This document shows, piece by piece, positions 17,694 to 28,808 of a DNA stretch of 64,000 nucleotides (the first letter of the stretch is position 1; each line of letters opens with the position of its first letter). The notes below the pieces were generated by a model, which did not search any database, had not been told where the DNA came from, and saw only the letters and a program-made list of their open reading frames with translations. Origin of the DNA: Candidatus Heimdallarchaeota archaeon (lineage in GTDB: Archaea; Asgardarchaeota; Heimdallarchaeia; Heimdallarchaeales; Heimdallarchaeaceae); assembly GCA_019057815.1 (NCBI GenBank), contig JAHLWR010000009.1:32001-96000 (forward strand), read 5' to 3'. The position numbers and the translations under genes were made by a program.

Positions 17694-20600
17694 ATGAGGT
17701 ATAGAAGATTTATAGTTATTAGTTCCATACTTGTCTTACTTCTAAATGTTAGCTTGACAGTTCAAGCTGACGAAGAGAATTTGTTATATTTCATCAGTTT
17801 AACTAGCAATGAAGAAATCTTTGAAGCCTATCCTGTACTTGATTCAGATGGATATCTTCACCTTTTCATTCACATGATCAATAAACAAGGATACGTGTTT
17901 CTTCACCAGTTTTATAATGAAACAGGACTCCAAATTGAAACACTTGAAGAGGATGTTCAAGAGATAGAAATTATAACTCACCATCTTTATGAAAATCCTT
18001 ATGTTTCACTTCTTTACGTTGTTTACTCTGTAACTTCCTCTTCTGGTGGAAAAGAAATCAAACGCTTTACTTGGACTTCTGAAGAAACTCGTATTTCTTC
18101 GATTATGTATATTGATGAAGAAGATATCCGCAGTTACATGCCATATTTCGATGTTAAATTTAAGGATGGAGTAATGCACGTTTTATATGCTCTTTATGAT
18201 AGGGATGATATGGCTAATTTGAATGTTAGTCATATAATGGTGGTTGGACTTCCAAAGCAAGATGATTATATCATCCCAAGTATGTTAGATCCTTATACAA
18301 GATTCTCGAGAGATATACTCGATATTGTTATTGATGAAAATATGGATTTGTGGTATATATATCGAACAGATTACGATATGTTTGGTGTGAAACAAGACAC
18401 ATTTGGAATAGGTATTGCTAAACTTGAAAATAGTATTGCTAACTATACTACTTCTTTAGATATCCCTGAAGTTACTTATGATGTTGACAAAATCAAAACT
18501 CAAATAGGAGTTGATGGTCTTTTCTCTTTTATGTTTGTCGAAACTAGAAAAGTGCATTGGTGCAATTTTGATGGTACACATATTACAAAAGAATCTCAAT
18601 CAATTATTCACAACAATCCCATAGACTTTATCTATATAGCAGATTCTGAAAATAAACATATGTTACTAACAAATCTGCAAGATAATGGTGAATATGTTAC
18701 AAACTATTATGGTTACTTTGAATCAGGAATATGGAGTTACATACCTATTTCCACTGAAAAACCAATAGGTCTTGATGATTACAATAGTTATTTAGATTTT
18801 GAAAATTATCTTATTACATACGTTACAATCTTGAATCCAAGCAATTTTGCCCCAGAAGGATTAGAATTCAGAGAAACATCTGGTTTAGCTCTAAAAATTT
18901 TATCTAGTAATGATTTAGATACCTCTTTTCTTATGATAGGTTTCACTAGTTTTAACCCACGAAAAGAGTTCTGGCAGAAAAACTGGGAGTTGATAGCTGT
19001 ATCAATAGTAAGTTCTTTAGCTGGTTTAGGTTTGTTGACTTTTCTATGGATTAAGAGCTCTAAGAAGATAAAACGCTTTTTCTTTGATTCTCAAGTAGGA
19101 GATTTCAATAAATTCTTCCTAGTATTCTTAAATGTCTGGAGGGTGTTTTCCAATTTTGGAGGTTTAATAAAGTCAATCTGGCTTTCTAATAAGAAACGGA
19201 CAATTCTAACAATAATTGGTTTTGTGATAACTGGGTATCTTATAAGTTCTGCACTTGTGATAGCTCAATCTGAAGAATCAGCAATGATTAAAGCTTACTA
19301 TCGTGCCAACCCAATGATTTCAAATCGTTTAGCAACAGGAATTATCGATACAACGTTCTTCTCACCTAATGAGCCTGTAAATATATCAGCATCATATGGT
19401 TTTCAAGCTAATCAAGAATTAGTTGATCTATATTCTAATTCCAACTTACAAAATTACATAGGTAGAATAGATAGTGTGTTTTATTTCCTATCAAAAGTAT
19501 ATTCGCCGAATTACACAATGACACAAGATTATAGAATGACAGGTTTACCTGATTCAACAATTGATTACTTCTCATCGATAATTACAGAAGGTCGTGCACC
19601 TCAAAACTCCAATGAAATTCTCATTAGAGGGGATGTAGCCCGTCTAGCTCATGTAGAAATAAACGATACTTTTTCTATGATTGCTAGTAGAGAAGATGTA
19701 GGATCTGAGGTACAAGATTATCTACTTCCAATGAAGATTGTAGGAATATATGAAAGGTACAATGTCGCTCAAATACGCAAAATTTCCGCGTTTTTAGATG
19801 TGTCTAATGATCTCTATTCTTTGATTGAAACATCTGCAATTCTGACACTTCAAACAAATTTCTTCTATATATTATCTGAAGGGGATCGGATGAATCTCAA
19901 TGTGAGAGGTGTTTTCCAGATATTTTTTGATTTTCACGATTTTAAAATAGCGGATAGAAAAACGATTATTAGTGGACAAAAAGCTATGCAAGGTATAATC
20001 TTTTCTTTTAGTTTTGATAATAAAGCTTCAATCGTAACATCAAACGAAATTGAGACATTTTTTACAAACTTTGATGATTATTATATAAACAATATTTCAA
20101 GATTGATAGCTTTTGCTATACCTGTAGTGCTATTATCAATTTTTATGGTCTTTGATGTTTCAGAACTGTTTTCCAACAGCTATAATCGAGAGATAGAAAT
20201 TCTAAAAGGTCGGGGATTATCCACGAGAAGAGTTACATTTATCTATTTAGTAATAAGACTTTTGGAGATTGTACTAGCTAGCATAATAAGCTATGGATTA
20301 GCTCTTCTAACAGCGATACCATTGATAAAAATCAATGGTTTCATAAAATTCACTAATACTGATACACAACTTGTTCCTGGTAACGTTGTTGCAATAATGG
20401 GTATCGTAGCATCTTTATTGTTTGTGATTTCAATTCCAAAAATAATTATTATAGCTGTTAGAAGAAGGAGAATAGAAAAACAACCTAATAAAATTGTGAA
20501 AATCCTCAAATTTATCTCCTGGCGGGATATGTTCTTCGTAGGTATGGGACTAGGATTGTTTATATATTTCTTAGGAATGACACAAGATGCTCATCACGCG

Positions 20601-21923
20601 CAAAATATAACAGAATTTACAACCTATCTGGGGTATACAATCGTTGGTGCTATTTTTTCTTTACTTGGAGGATTACCAATAGCAATAAAATCACTTTCTA
20701 TGGTATGGAAATTCATAGGTTTTAGTGTATGGAAAATAAGTAAGAACAGAATGAGTTTCCTATTCATTGAAATTAGTAAAGATATGAAATACTTTGAGAA
20801 TCTAGCTTTAATCTTTCTAGTAGTTTCAATGATATTTACTCCAGTTCTCGTTGTCCCCTACTCTAAAGAAGCAAGTTTGGTCGAACAATCTTTTCTAGTG
20901 AATGGAGCTGAAATATCAATAAATAACTGGGATAAAGTTGAAGGTTTAACTGAGGAAGATATTGAAGCGATAGATGGAGTTGTAGAAGCTACTTATGCAA
21001 GAATGTATACTCTCTATATGGGGACTTATCAGGGAATGAGACTGCTTGTAATTAACACAACAGAGTTCTTAGAAACAATGTATAAACCACCACAATCGCT
21101 ATTAGGATTCGATTGGGATTCGCTTAATATGTTAACAAATAATACTGCACTAATTTCAAAATCTATAGAAAGTGCGTTTCATACTCAAGTTGGATGGTAT
21201 ATGTCCTTTAGACACCCTGCAATATCAGGATGGTTTTACTCTATTCATATTTCCGGTATTTATGACCTGTTCCCAGTATTCTACGACAAAATAGATATTG
21301 AAGATGAAGCTTATATGATGGTTATTTCTGTAGAATGCTTTGAAGCTATAGAACATATAGTAGAAAATAGGTTACTTACGATAAACAAGCTTTTTATTAA
21401 AACAGAAAATGATAGAGCTATTCAAGAAGTTAAAGAAGAAATATTTTCACACAACCCTGAAACAATAACTAAATCATATCTAGATGTAATCGACTCGCTA
21501 AAAACACCCCTCTACAATGTTTTCATCATAGAAATGATTATTTCACTCTTTGTATCTGTAATAATTCTAGCCTATTCAAGCTTTACGACTTCAACAAAGA
21601 TACTAGAACGAAGAATTATTAAGCACGATATTATGAAAAAAATGGGTATTAAATCATCTACAATCATTAATACAACAGTAATTCAAGTGCTGATAGCAGG
21701 GATCATACCGTCACTGATAATAGGCTTTTTTGTAGGACTGAAACTTGTTCCATTTAGTCTCCAACAAATGAGTTATGGGGCTATACCATATCCAGTAACT
21801 ACAATCTATCCAACAATGTTGTTGTTAGCAATATTCTTGGGAGTACCTATACTAGTTTATCTGGGGATGACGTTGATGCTTAGAAGAGAGTTTTGTAAGT
21901 ATTCACCAACACAACTGGAGTGA
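17694..21923 (+). CDS. Large FtsX/MacB-type ABC permease with long N-terminal extracellular domain
   Basis: Signal peptide; EGRAPQNSNEILI; REIEILKGRGLS and IMKKMGIKS coupling helices; overlaps the ATPase gene. Confidence 0.8.
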   Translation: MRYRRFIVISSILVLLLNVSLTVQADEENLLYFISLTSNEEIFEAYPVLDSDGYLHLFIHMINKQGYVFLHQFYNETGLQIETLEEDVQEIEIITHHLYENPYVSLLYVVYSVTSSSGGKEIKRFTWTSEETRISSIMYIDEEDIRSYMPYFDVKFKDGVMHVLYALYDRDDMANLNVSHIMVVGLPKQDDYIIPSMLDPYTRFSRDILDIVIDENMDLWYIYRTDYDMFGVKQDTFGIGIAKLENSIANYTTSLDIPEVTYDVDKIKTQIGVDGLFSFMFVETRKVHWCNFDGTHITKESQSIIHNNPIDFIYIADSENKHMLLTNLQDNGEYVTNYYGYFESGIWSYIPISTEKPIGLDDYNSYLDFENYLITYVTILNPSNFAPEGLEFRETSGLALKILSSNDLDTSFLMIGFTSFNPRKEFWQKNWELIAVSIVSSLAGLGLLTFLWIKSSKKIKRFFFDSQVGDFNKFFLVFLNVWRVFSNFGGLIKSIWLSNKKRTILTIIGFVITGYLISSALVIAQSEESAMIKAYYRANPMISNRLATGIIDTTFFSPNEPVNISASYGFQANQELVDLYSNSNLQNYIGRIDSVFYFLSKVYSPNYTMTQDYRMTGLPDSTIDYFSSIITEGRAPQNSNEILIRGDVARLAHVEINDTFSMIASREDVGSEVQDYLLPMKIVGIYERYNVAQIRKISAFLDVSNDLYSLIETSAILTLQTNFFYILSEGDRMNLNVRGVFQIFFDFHDFKIADRKTIISGQKAMQGIIFSFSFDNKASIVTSNEIETFFTNFDDYYINNISRLIAFAIPVVLLSIFMVFDVSELFSNSYNREIEILKGRGLSTRRVTFIYLVIRLLEIVLASIISYGLALLTAIPLIKINGFIKFTNTDTQLVPGNVVAIMGIVASLLFVISIPKIIIIAVRRRRIEKQPNKIVKILKFISWRDMFFVGMGLGLFIYFLGMTQDAHHAQNITEFTTYLGYTIVGAIFSLLGGLPIAIKSLSMVWKFIGFSVWKISKNRMSFLFIEISKDMKYFENLALIFLVVSMIFTPVLVVPYSKEASLVEQSFLVNGAEISINNWDKVEGLTEEDIEAIDGVVEATYARMYTLYMGTYQGMRLLVINTTEFLETMYKPPQSLLGFDWDSLNMLTNNTALISKSIESAFHTQVGWYMSFRHPAISGWFYSIHISGIYDLFPVFYDKIDIEDEAYMMVISVECFEAIEHIVENRLLTINKLFIKTENDRAIQEVKEEIFSHNPETITKSYLDVIDSLKTPLYNVFIIEMIISLFVSVIILAYSSFTTSTKILERRIIKHDIMKKMGIKSSTIINTTVIQVLIAGIIPSLIIGFFVGLKLVPFSLQQMSYGAIPYPVTTIYPTMLLLAIFLGVPILVYLGMTLMLRREFCKYSPTQLE

Positions 21924-23701
21924 AAACAATGATAATATGCAAAGATTTACTCAAAGTTTTCTGGGATCCTGTAACTGATGTTAAAGTTTCAGCACTAAGA
22001 GGTTTAGATATTTATGTAAAAAGTGGAGAAGTTGCATCAATCATAGGTCCTTCTGGTAGTGGAAAAACAACCTTAATTAAGATTCTATGTGGAAACGAAA
22101 AACCAAGCGGAGGATCAGTTTATATCGATGACGTAAACATCGCTGAATTATCAGAAAGAAGGATGCGAAAATTACGATACAATAAAATGGGAATAATAAA
22201 CCAATTCATACACCAGAACTTGCTTTCACATCTAACAGTTGAACAAAACATAAGACTTCCAATGAGATTCAAAGCAGTAGCAAGGGAAAAAGCTGTTGCA
22301 AAAGTAGAAGAATTAATTAAAATACTCCATCTAGATAAAATCAGATACAATCCTGTTACAAAAATTAGTGGAGGAGAAGCTGTTCGTACTAGTATTGGCG
22401 TTGCTTTAGCAAAGGATACACCAATAGTGCTTGCTGATGAACCAACTGGTCAGCTTGATACAACCAATACTAACCATATTATAGATGCTTTTAGAGATCT
22501 TAACGAGAACTTAGGTACAACTATTCTTGTAGTGACTCACGATCTTAGATTTAGAAACGCGTTTAAGAAAAGCTATATCATCCGAGATGGAAGATTAGTG
22601 GGTATTAATGCTGATATTAATAGAGGAGAATTAGATTTCATTTTGAAACCTCAAGAATCTACTTTGCAATCAATTATAGATGGATCACAGTTTCTACGAC
22701 TTCCAGACGAAGTTGTAATTACAGGTGCTTTCGAAAATTTTGCGGAATTCATGATTCACCCTTCAAAACAATTCTCGCTCGTATTTAATCCAAACCAATT
22801 AAACCAAAAAGAAATCTATGAAATTCTGAAAGACACAAAATATGAATTTGACGATTTTTCCACAAGAAGCGATAGGACAAAAGTTTCTTTCAGAGAAATT
22901 CAACCAATCATAGAACAACAATTCTTAGCTCCAACGAAAGCAAACAAAGTGATTACAGTTAAGAAACTTTTCAAATCATTCCAAATTGGTGATAGAACAC
23001 ATAAAGTCTTGAAAAATCTCAATTTTAAAATAACCAAAGGAGATTTTGTTGTTATTTCAGGTAAAAGTGGTGCTGGTAAAACTACACTCATGAATGTTCT
23101 ATCAGGAATCGAATCTCCAGATTCTGGTACAATTGAAATTGATGGTTTTGATGTCACAGATAGTAGCAAAAAGGAAGTAGCTAGTTTTAGATTCAATAAT
23201 ATTGCGCTAATCAACCAAGTGAATAATCTATTCGAACAATATACTATCAAAGAAAATATGATAATACCTCGAATATTCAGCAAGAATAAAACATTAGGAA
23301 AGGTTAATCTAGATAAAACCGCTGAGAGCGTAGAAATCGAGCACAAAATTAAACATTATGCAGCTGAACTATCTGCAGGAGAGAGGCAAAGAGCAGCATT
23401 AGCAATAGCACTAGCAAAACGTTCACCTATTCTTTTCGCTGATGAACCTACTGCTAACCTTGACTCGCGTCTGGCTAGAAATATTGTCGCTCTTCTAATG
23501 GAAACAGCTCAGAAATATGGAACCACTGTTCTGATGAGCACTCATGACTTATCCTTAGTTCGACCAGGTTTTCGCTTGATTCGATTACAAGATGGTGAAA
23601 AAATCGAAGATGTTAGAGTTACAAAAAATAGACTCAAAGGCATTATAGAACTCTATCTTGGTATAACTATTGACGAAGAAGAATTTGAGATTGAAAAATA
23701 A
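21920..23701 (+). CDS. ABC ATPase with two tandem LolD/MacB-type nucleotide-binding domains
   Basis: Walker A GPSGSGKT and GKSGAGKT; ISGGE/LSAGE signatures; ADEPT twice. Confidence 0.9.
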   Translation: MKTMIICKDLLKVFWDPVTDVKVSALRGLDIYVKSGEVASIIGPSGSGKTTLIKILCGNEKPSGGSVYIDDVNIAELSERRMRKLRYNKMGIINQFIHQNLLSHLTVEQNIRLPMRFKAVAREKAVAKVEELIKILHLDKIRYNPVTKISGGEAVRTSIGVALAKDTPIVLADEPTGQLDTTNTNHIIDAFRDLNENLGTTILVVTHDLRFRNAFKKSYIIRDGRLVGINADINRGELDFILKPQESTLQSIIDGSQFLRLPDEVVITGAFENFAEFMIHPSKQFSLVFNPNQLNQKEIYEILKDTKYEFDDFSTRSDRTKVSFREIQPIIEQQFLAPTKANKVITVKKLFKSFQIGDRTHKVLKNLNFKITKGDFVVISGKSGAGKTTLMNVLSGIESPDSGTIEIDGFDVTDSSKKEVASFRFNNIALINQVNNLFEQYTIKENMIIPRIFSKNKTLGKVNLDKTAESVEIEHKIKHYAAELSAGERQRAALAIALAKRSPILFADEPTANLDSRLARNIVALLMETAQKYGTTVLMSTHDLSLVRPGFRLIRLQDGEKIEDVRVTKNRLKGIIELYLGITIDEEEFEIEK

Positions 23702-23808
23702 ACTGTTAGCATCAAGAACTGTCATTCCTTGGATTTACGATTATATTATATGTCCAAAAACGCTTTAAATATCCAATTTCAATTTCAACATAATCAAAGG
23801 TAATTATA

Positions 23809-24417
23809 ATGAATTCAAAAAATAAATCTACAAAGAATAAAAATGAAATGGATTTAAAGGAATTATCTATTTCAACATTAGAAATAGCACAAATCAATTT
23901 TCTTATGTCATTTAAAGGAATTAATCCAGAGAGCATTTCGAAGCGGATTCATATCGAAATCAACCCTATTTCCTGGATAATTGGTCATTGTATTTCTCAT
24001 ATGGATTGGTATTTGTCCTTATTTACTGGTGAGAGAATCTATTCTGAAAAACAACAGAAATATTTAGCTTACGGTGCTTCAAAAGAGGATATTACAGAAA
24101 AATTACCTTTTTCCTTTAGAGAGATATTAGATAAATATCTCCTTATATCTAAAAGCTTCTTTGAATATCTAAAAGGATTTCAAGAAGAGAAATTTCATCA
24201 GATAACATCTCAAGAAAATGGAGGAGAAACTTTAATTCAAAAGATTCAAAGAATTACTCTTCATTACATGGGTCATACAGGACAGATTGTTATTATTAGG
24301 AGAGCACTTGGTGTGTCTTCTTGGAGTTTTGTTAGTGGAATTAAAAAAGAAGAGAGACAAAAGTATATGAAAGAGTGGATAAAGTGGTGGGAAGAAAATA
24401 GGATGAAGTTCGATTAA
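23809..24417 (+). CDS. DinB-family protein
   Basis: NPISWIIGHC and HYMGHTGQI conserved His motifs. Confidence 0.75.
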   Translation: MNSKNKSTKNKNEMDLKELSISTLEIAQINFLMSFKGINPESISKRIHIEINPISWIIGHCISHMDWYLSLFTGERIYSEKQQKYLAYGASKEDITEKLPFSFREILDKYLLISKSFFEYLKGFQEEKFHQITSQENGGETLIQKIQRITLHYMGHTGQIVIIRRALGVSSWSFVSGIKKEERQKYMKEWIKWWEENRMKFD

Positions 24418-24492
24418 TACTTGTTGATTAATTGAAAATATATAATCAACCCCATACTAAATATTTATGTAAAACCTCTGAAAACTAAACTA

Positions 24493-25386
24493 ATGCGCTC
24501 TTTACCTATAATAAAAATAGACACAACTTGTATTAAGTGTAATAAATGTGTAGATGTATGCCCTAGATACATTTTCTTTCCTTCTGAAAACGAGATAAAA
24601 CTTAGAGATTTAGAAACATGTAATGATTGTGGTCATTGTATAGCTATTTGCCCTGTTGACGCTATCTATCACAATAAACTAATCAAAAGTTCTGTTGAAG
24701 CGGAATATCCTTTAGCTAATGAACATTTCAATTACGATCAAACACTGATGCTAATAAGACAGAGGAGATCTATCAGATATTTCTCTGATAAAACACTAAC
24801 AAAAGAACAAATACTCAAGCTTATTCAATTTGGGAGATTTGGACCCACTGGTCATAATGCACGAAAAGTTAATTACACTATTGTAATGGGTAGAGAGAAA
24901 GTAGTAACAATTTTATCTGAAGTAATTGAAGCATTCAAGAAAATCAGAGAACAGGTAACCAAGCCTATTTTTCGGTTTCTTGCGTTGCTTATGGGTAAGA
25001 GAAAAAAAGTAGAAAAAGTAAGGAGAAATCTTTATCGTCTTAACAGTCACATTACTTATTGGGAAGCCAAAATAGATAAAGTGTTCCACAACGCTTCTTC
25101 TCTGATACTTATACACGCAGATGAAAACATGCCCTCACCTTTTGAAGATTGCGTAATAGCTGCAGAGAATATAATGCTAGGAGCTCAAAGTTTTGAGCTG
25201 GGTGCAACCTTCATAGGTTATTTGGTTAAAGCTTGGGAACACTCCAAAGATGTTAAAGAGTTGATTAATTTACCCAATAATCATAAACTTTATGCGGTTT
25301 TAGCTGTTGGAAAACCCAAGCACAAGTTCAAAAGAGTTGTGTCACGACCTGAACCTAAACTGATTTATTGGAATTTAAAAAACTAG
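24493..25386 (+). CDS. Nitroreductase with N-terminal 2x[4Fe-4S] ferredoxin domain
   Basis: Two CxxCxxCxxxCP motifs; RRSIR; PTGHN. Confidence 0.9.
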   Translation: MRSLPIIKIDTTCIKCNKCVDVCPRYIFFPSENEIKLRDLETCNDCGHCIAICPVDAIYHNKLIKSSVEAEYPLANEHFNYDQTLMLIRQRRSIRYFSDKTLTKEQILKLIQFGRFGPTGHNARKVNYTIVMGREKVVTILSEVIEAFKKIREQVTKPIFRFLALLMGKRKKVEKVRRNLYRLNSHITYWEAKIDKVFHNASSLILIHADENMPSPFEDCVIAAENIMLGAQSFELGATFIGYLVKAWEHSKDVKELINLPNNHKLYAVLAVGKPKHKFKRVVSRPEPKLIYWNLKN

Positions 25387-25396
25387 CCAGAAACGC

Positions 25397-25852
25397 TTAA
25401 TCAACAAAATAAGATAATACATTTCTGCTTCCTTCGAGTACTTCATCTGAAATTTTACCCATAAATTCTGTTGTTTTAATTTGAATTCCGCATAGAACAA
25501 CTTCTTTATTATTATCAGTTAAGATTTTTACTATTTGTTGAAAAGGAAGCTGATGAGAGGATATTTGTCTAACAGCTTTATCTGTACTTGAGGTAATTAG
25601 TAAAGTACCAGGCAACGCTCCAAAATCTATAGCATCGATAATTATTACAACTTTGATTTCTGTATTATCAATTATCTCTAGAAGATACGATGTTATATCT
25701 ATTTCATCCTCTGATATTACTTTGTCTGGGAATTTCTCTTTAAGACTCTTTGCTACTATCAACCCAATTCCATCATCAGATCTGTCAATATTTCCAAAGC
25801 AAAGGAAAATAAAATCCTCTTGTTCTTTGTGAAAAAAAGAGGAAAAAAACAA
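25397..25852 (-). CDS. hycI: Hydrogenase maturation protease
   Basis: GNIDRSDDGIG, IIDAIDFG, SSHQLP; last gene of the hydrogenase operon. Confidence 0.85.
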   Translation of the reverse strand: MFFSSFFHKEQEDFIFLCFGNIDRSDDGIGLIVAKSLKEKFPDKVISEDEIDITSYLLEIIDNTEIKVVIIIDAIDFGALPGTLLITSSTDKAVRQISSHQLPFQQIVKILTDNNKEVVLCGIQIKTTEFMGKISDEVLEGSRNVLSYFVD

Positions 25853-25866
25853 TTAACAAATCCCCG

Positions 25867-27156
25867 TTAATCGTGTTTCACTAGTTTAACCATGTGACAA
25901 GAACAACTAATACATGGATCATATGCTCTAGCAATCATTTCTAGATGTAATTCTGTTTCTTCATTATCTTCAGCTACAAGTTTTTCAGCAGCTGTTCTAA
26001 TGAATTCTTCTACATCATCCAGAAACTGTGCTGTCGGAGTAATAATATCTGCATTAACAATCTTATGATCTTTAATCTCATAAGAATGGTATAGAATTCC
26101 TCTAGGAGCTTCAACTGCCGCTGTTCCTATTCCATCTTTCACTTCTGGTATGATGATTTCTGTATCAGGGAGAGCTTTTATTTTCTCTATTAGATCTGGT
26201 ATTTGTTCAAATGCCCATAAGGCTTCAATTGCTTGAGAAATATTGTTATAGAGAGGATTTACTTTCCATCTGTCAGTTTTATATTTCTCAAACTTTTCTT
26301 TAGCTATGCCTGTTAATCTATCACCTATTAGTAATAATCTTGCAAGAGCACCAACAGTGAAAGGTTTGTTATTATATCGAGAGCGCTTTGCGTAACTATG
26401 TGGGACAACTCTTTCATTTGTAAGTTTTTTGTATTCATTAACAGGATATTCCTCTCCAGTAGAAATCAAAATCGAATCACCTTCAAAACCAAATTTTCCA
26501 TCAGCTGGATTGCAACACATGAAAACTGTTTCTCTTTCGCAGTAATCTGGAATTTCAAGAGATGCAAGAACATCTATTGTTGATGCTATCATTGGTGCAT
26601 ATTCTTTAGCTTTTTCTGAAAAGTCATCTAGTTCTTCGTTAGTAGGTATTTTTCCAAAACCACCAATTTGAGGGTTTTCTCCGTGAATTTTTCTTCCCAT
26701 AAGAAGTTTCATCAATTCTGTTCCGTATTTCTTCAAAGTTATTGCTTCTACAACTGTCTCTCCATGTGTTGGGAGTAGAGCTATAGCTGAAGGCTTCCTA
26801 AAGAAATCTGGTAAAGCTAGGAAATAAACATGTAAAACATGTGATTCAACATATTCAGCTAAATGTAATAAATATCTTAAAAGTTTAATTTTTTCAGGAA
26901 CTTCAACCTTTAGAGCTTTCTCAATAGCTTTTATCGAAACATACCTATGTGAAACTGTGCATATGGCACAAATTCGGGATACAAGAGAGATGCTTTCATG
27001 AATTGTTTTACCTCTTATTAAAGCCTCAATCATTCTTGGACCTTCGAAAATGTCTACTAAAACGTCTTCAACTTTACCATCTTTAACATGAACTTGAATC
27101 CCGCCGTCACCTTCAACTCGAGATAATACGTCAACTCTTATTGTCTTTTCTGTCAT
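25867..27156 (-). CDS. hydA: Group 3b [NiFe]-hydrogenase large (alpha) subunit
   Basis: SRVEGDG, L1 SRICAIC, EAPRG, L2 RAYDPCISCSCH plus short cleavable tail. Confidence 0.93.
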   Translation of the reverse strand: MTEKTIRVDVLSRVEGDGGIQVHVKDGKVEDVLVDIFEGPRMIEALIRGKTIHESISLVSRICAICTVSHRYVSIKAIEKALKVEVPEKIKLLRYLLHLAEYVESHVLHVYFLALPDFFRKPSAIALLPTHGETVVEAITLKKYGTELMKLLMGRKIHGENPQIGGFGKIPTNEELDDFSEKAKEYAPMIASTIDVLASLEIPDYCERETVFMCCNPADGKFGFEGDSILISTGEEYPVNEYKKLTNERVVPHSYAKRSRYNNKPFTVGALARLLLIGDRLTGIAKEKFEKYKTDRWKVNPLYNNISQAIEALWAFEQIPDLIEKIKALPDTEIIIPEVKDGIGTAAVEAPRGILYHSYEIKDHKIVNADIITPTAQFLDDVEEFIRTAAEKLVAEDNEETELHLEMIARAYDPCISCSCHMVKLVKHD

Positions 27157-27950
27157 TAGTTATCACCATCTAAATTCTTTTCAAGGACATCGCCCCCAAA
27201 CATTCGAAGTTTTCGTTTAGCTTCTTCTTCAGTTAACCCTATTTCCATCAATTTATCGATCATGGAAGGATAGTTTGAACCTTCATATGGACCAAAACAA
27301 CCTACGCAGGAAACGTCTATAGAAGGACAGATAGCATCACAACCAGCAGCTGTTACTGGACCAAGACAATATTTACCTTTCAACAGGAAACAATCATTGT
27401 CTTTGAATTTGCACTCAACGCAAACAGGATAAGGGTATTTCTGGGGAATAAGTCCGGATATAAGCTTTGTGTAAATGGGGATGAAGTTTTCTGGAGCAAT
27501 AGGACAGCCTGGAATCATTACATCTACTTTTATGTATTTACTGATAGGTTCTGCAGCTTGAGGTTGTCCGATTAAATCTAGAAATTCGGGGTTCTTACCT
27601 TCTTTTCCGTAAACGTATTCCATTCTTTCTTTGAACACATCTTCATTGCTACCCAAATACTGGATACCCCCGTAACAAGCACAAGTTCCTAAGGAAACTA
27701 CAATTTTTGCTTTTTGTCTGATTTCTTTTAATTCTTCTAATTGTTTTGAGGTGTTAATGCTTCCTTCAACTAAAGCAATATCTACTTCAGGGACTTCTTG
27801 ATGAGATTGAGCCATGTGAAAGAATTTAATATCAGCGCTGGTAAAGAAATCTACCAAAGCATCTTCCATATGCAAAATAGCTAGTTGATCACCAGCACAG
27901 CCAGAAAAACCAAAAACACCAACAATTGGTTTATGTTCTCTACTCCACAT
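27156..27950 (-). CDS. hydD: Group 3b hydrogenase small (delta) subunit
   Basis: VEGSI, LGTCACYGG, PGCP, VCVEC, CLGPVT...C...CVGCFGP. Confidence 0.9.
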   Translation of the reverse strand: MWSREHKPIVGVFGFSGCAGDQLAILHMEDALVDFFTSADIKFFHMAQSHQEVPEVDIALVEGSINTSKQLEELKEIRQKAKIVVSLGTCACYGGIQYLGSNEDVFKERMEYVYGKEGKNPEFLDLIGQPQAAEPISKYIKVDVMIPGCPIAPENFIPIYTKLISGLIPQKYPYPVCVECKFKDNDCFLLKGKYCLGPVTAAGCDAICPSIDVSCVGCFGPYEGSNYPSMIDKLMEIGLTEEEAKRKLRMFGGDVLEKNLDGDN

Positions 27951-28808
27951 CTAAATCAACTCCTTTAATCGTTCAATGTCCCAATAAGTAAAAACTGGTC
28001 CGTCTAAGCAAGTATAAACTCCTCCGATTGCACAATGACCACAGTGCCCTTGTCCACATTTCATACGTCTTTCAAGTGTCATGAATATCTTTTCTTTTGG
28101 TATTTTAAGTTTAAGAAGTTCTTTGATTACGAATTTGTACATAATTGGAGGACCACACATAATAGCGTAGGTATTTTTATTATTGACCCTATCAGCGATT
28201 TTTTCAAAAAGTTTTGTCACAACTCCAATATGATAAGGCCAATCACCTTTAGGATCTTCATCAACAGTTAAATGAGTTTCAAGCATTTCTCTTTGATGCA
28301 TTGCCATGAAATCTTCCCTAAAAAGCATATCTTCTGGAGTTCTAGCTCCATTTAGGAAATATACGTTTTTGAAATCTTCTCTTTTGTCACAAGCGTAAAG
28401 CAGTAAAGATCTCAAGGGAACAGCCCCTAAACCACCACTTACTATGATCAAATCATGATCTTTCATCTTATCCATCTCAAAGCCATTTCCATAGGGTCCT
28501 CGAATGTCAAATTTATCTCCGATTTTGAGTTTGTACAAAGCTTCTGTAATTGAACCAACTTTCCTAATACCAAACTCTAGAAATGATTGTCGAGTAGGTG
28601 TTGATGAAATAGAAAATGGTGCTTCTCCTACACCTGGTATAGAAAAAATAGCGAATTGTCCAGGTTTGTATTCACCTAATTTTTCTTGAATATTAGGGTC
28701 AACGAATTTTACTTTGAAATATCTAGTATCATAAGATAAATCCTTTAAATCAAGTATTTCAGCAGAATGTGCTTTATATTGATGATTTTTTCTTTCTTTA
28801 TTATTCAT
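27951..28808 (-). CDS. hydG: Group 3b hydrogenase gamma subunit (FAD/NAD(P)-binding, 2Fe-2S)
   Basis: PGQF, RGPYGNGF, GGLGAVP, CGPP, MKCGQGHCGHC...CLDGPVF. Start 28808 likely (ORF track gives 28841). Confidence 0.9.
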   Translation of the reverse strand: MNNKERKNHQYKAHSAEILDLKDLSYDTRYFKVKFVDPNIQEKLGEYKPGQFAIFSIPGVGEAPFSISSTPTRQSFLEFGIRKVGSITEALYKLKIGDKFDIRGPYGNGFEMDKMKDHDLIIVSGGLGAVPLRSLLLYACDKREDFKNVYFLNGARTPEDMLFREDFMAMHQREMLETHLTVDEDPKGDWPYHIGVVTKLFEKIADRVNNKNTYAIMCGPPIMYKFVIKELLKLKIPKEKIFMTLERRMKCGQGHCGHCAIGGVYTCLDGPVFTYWDIERLKELI

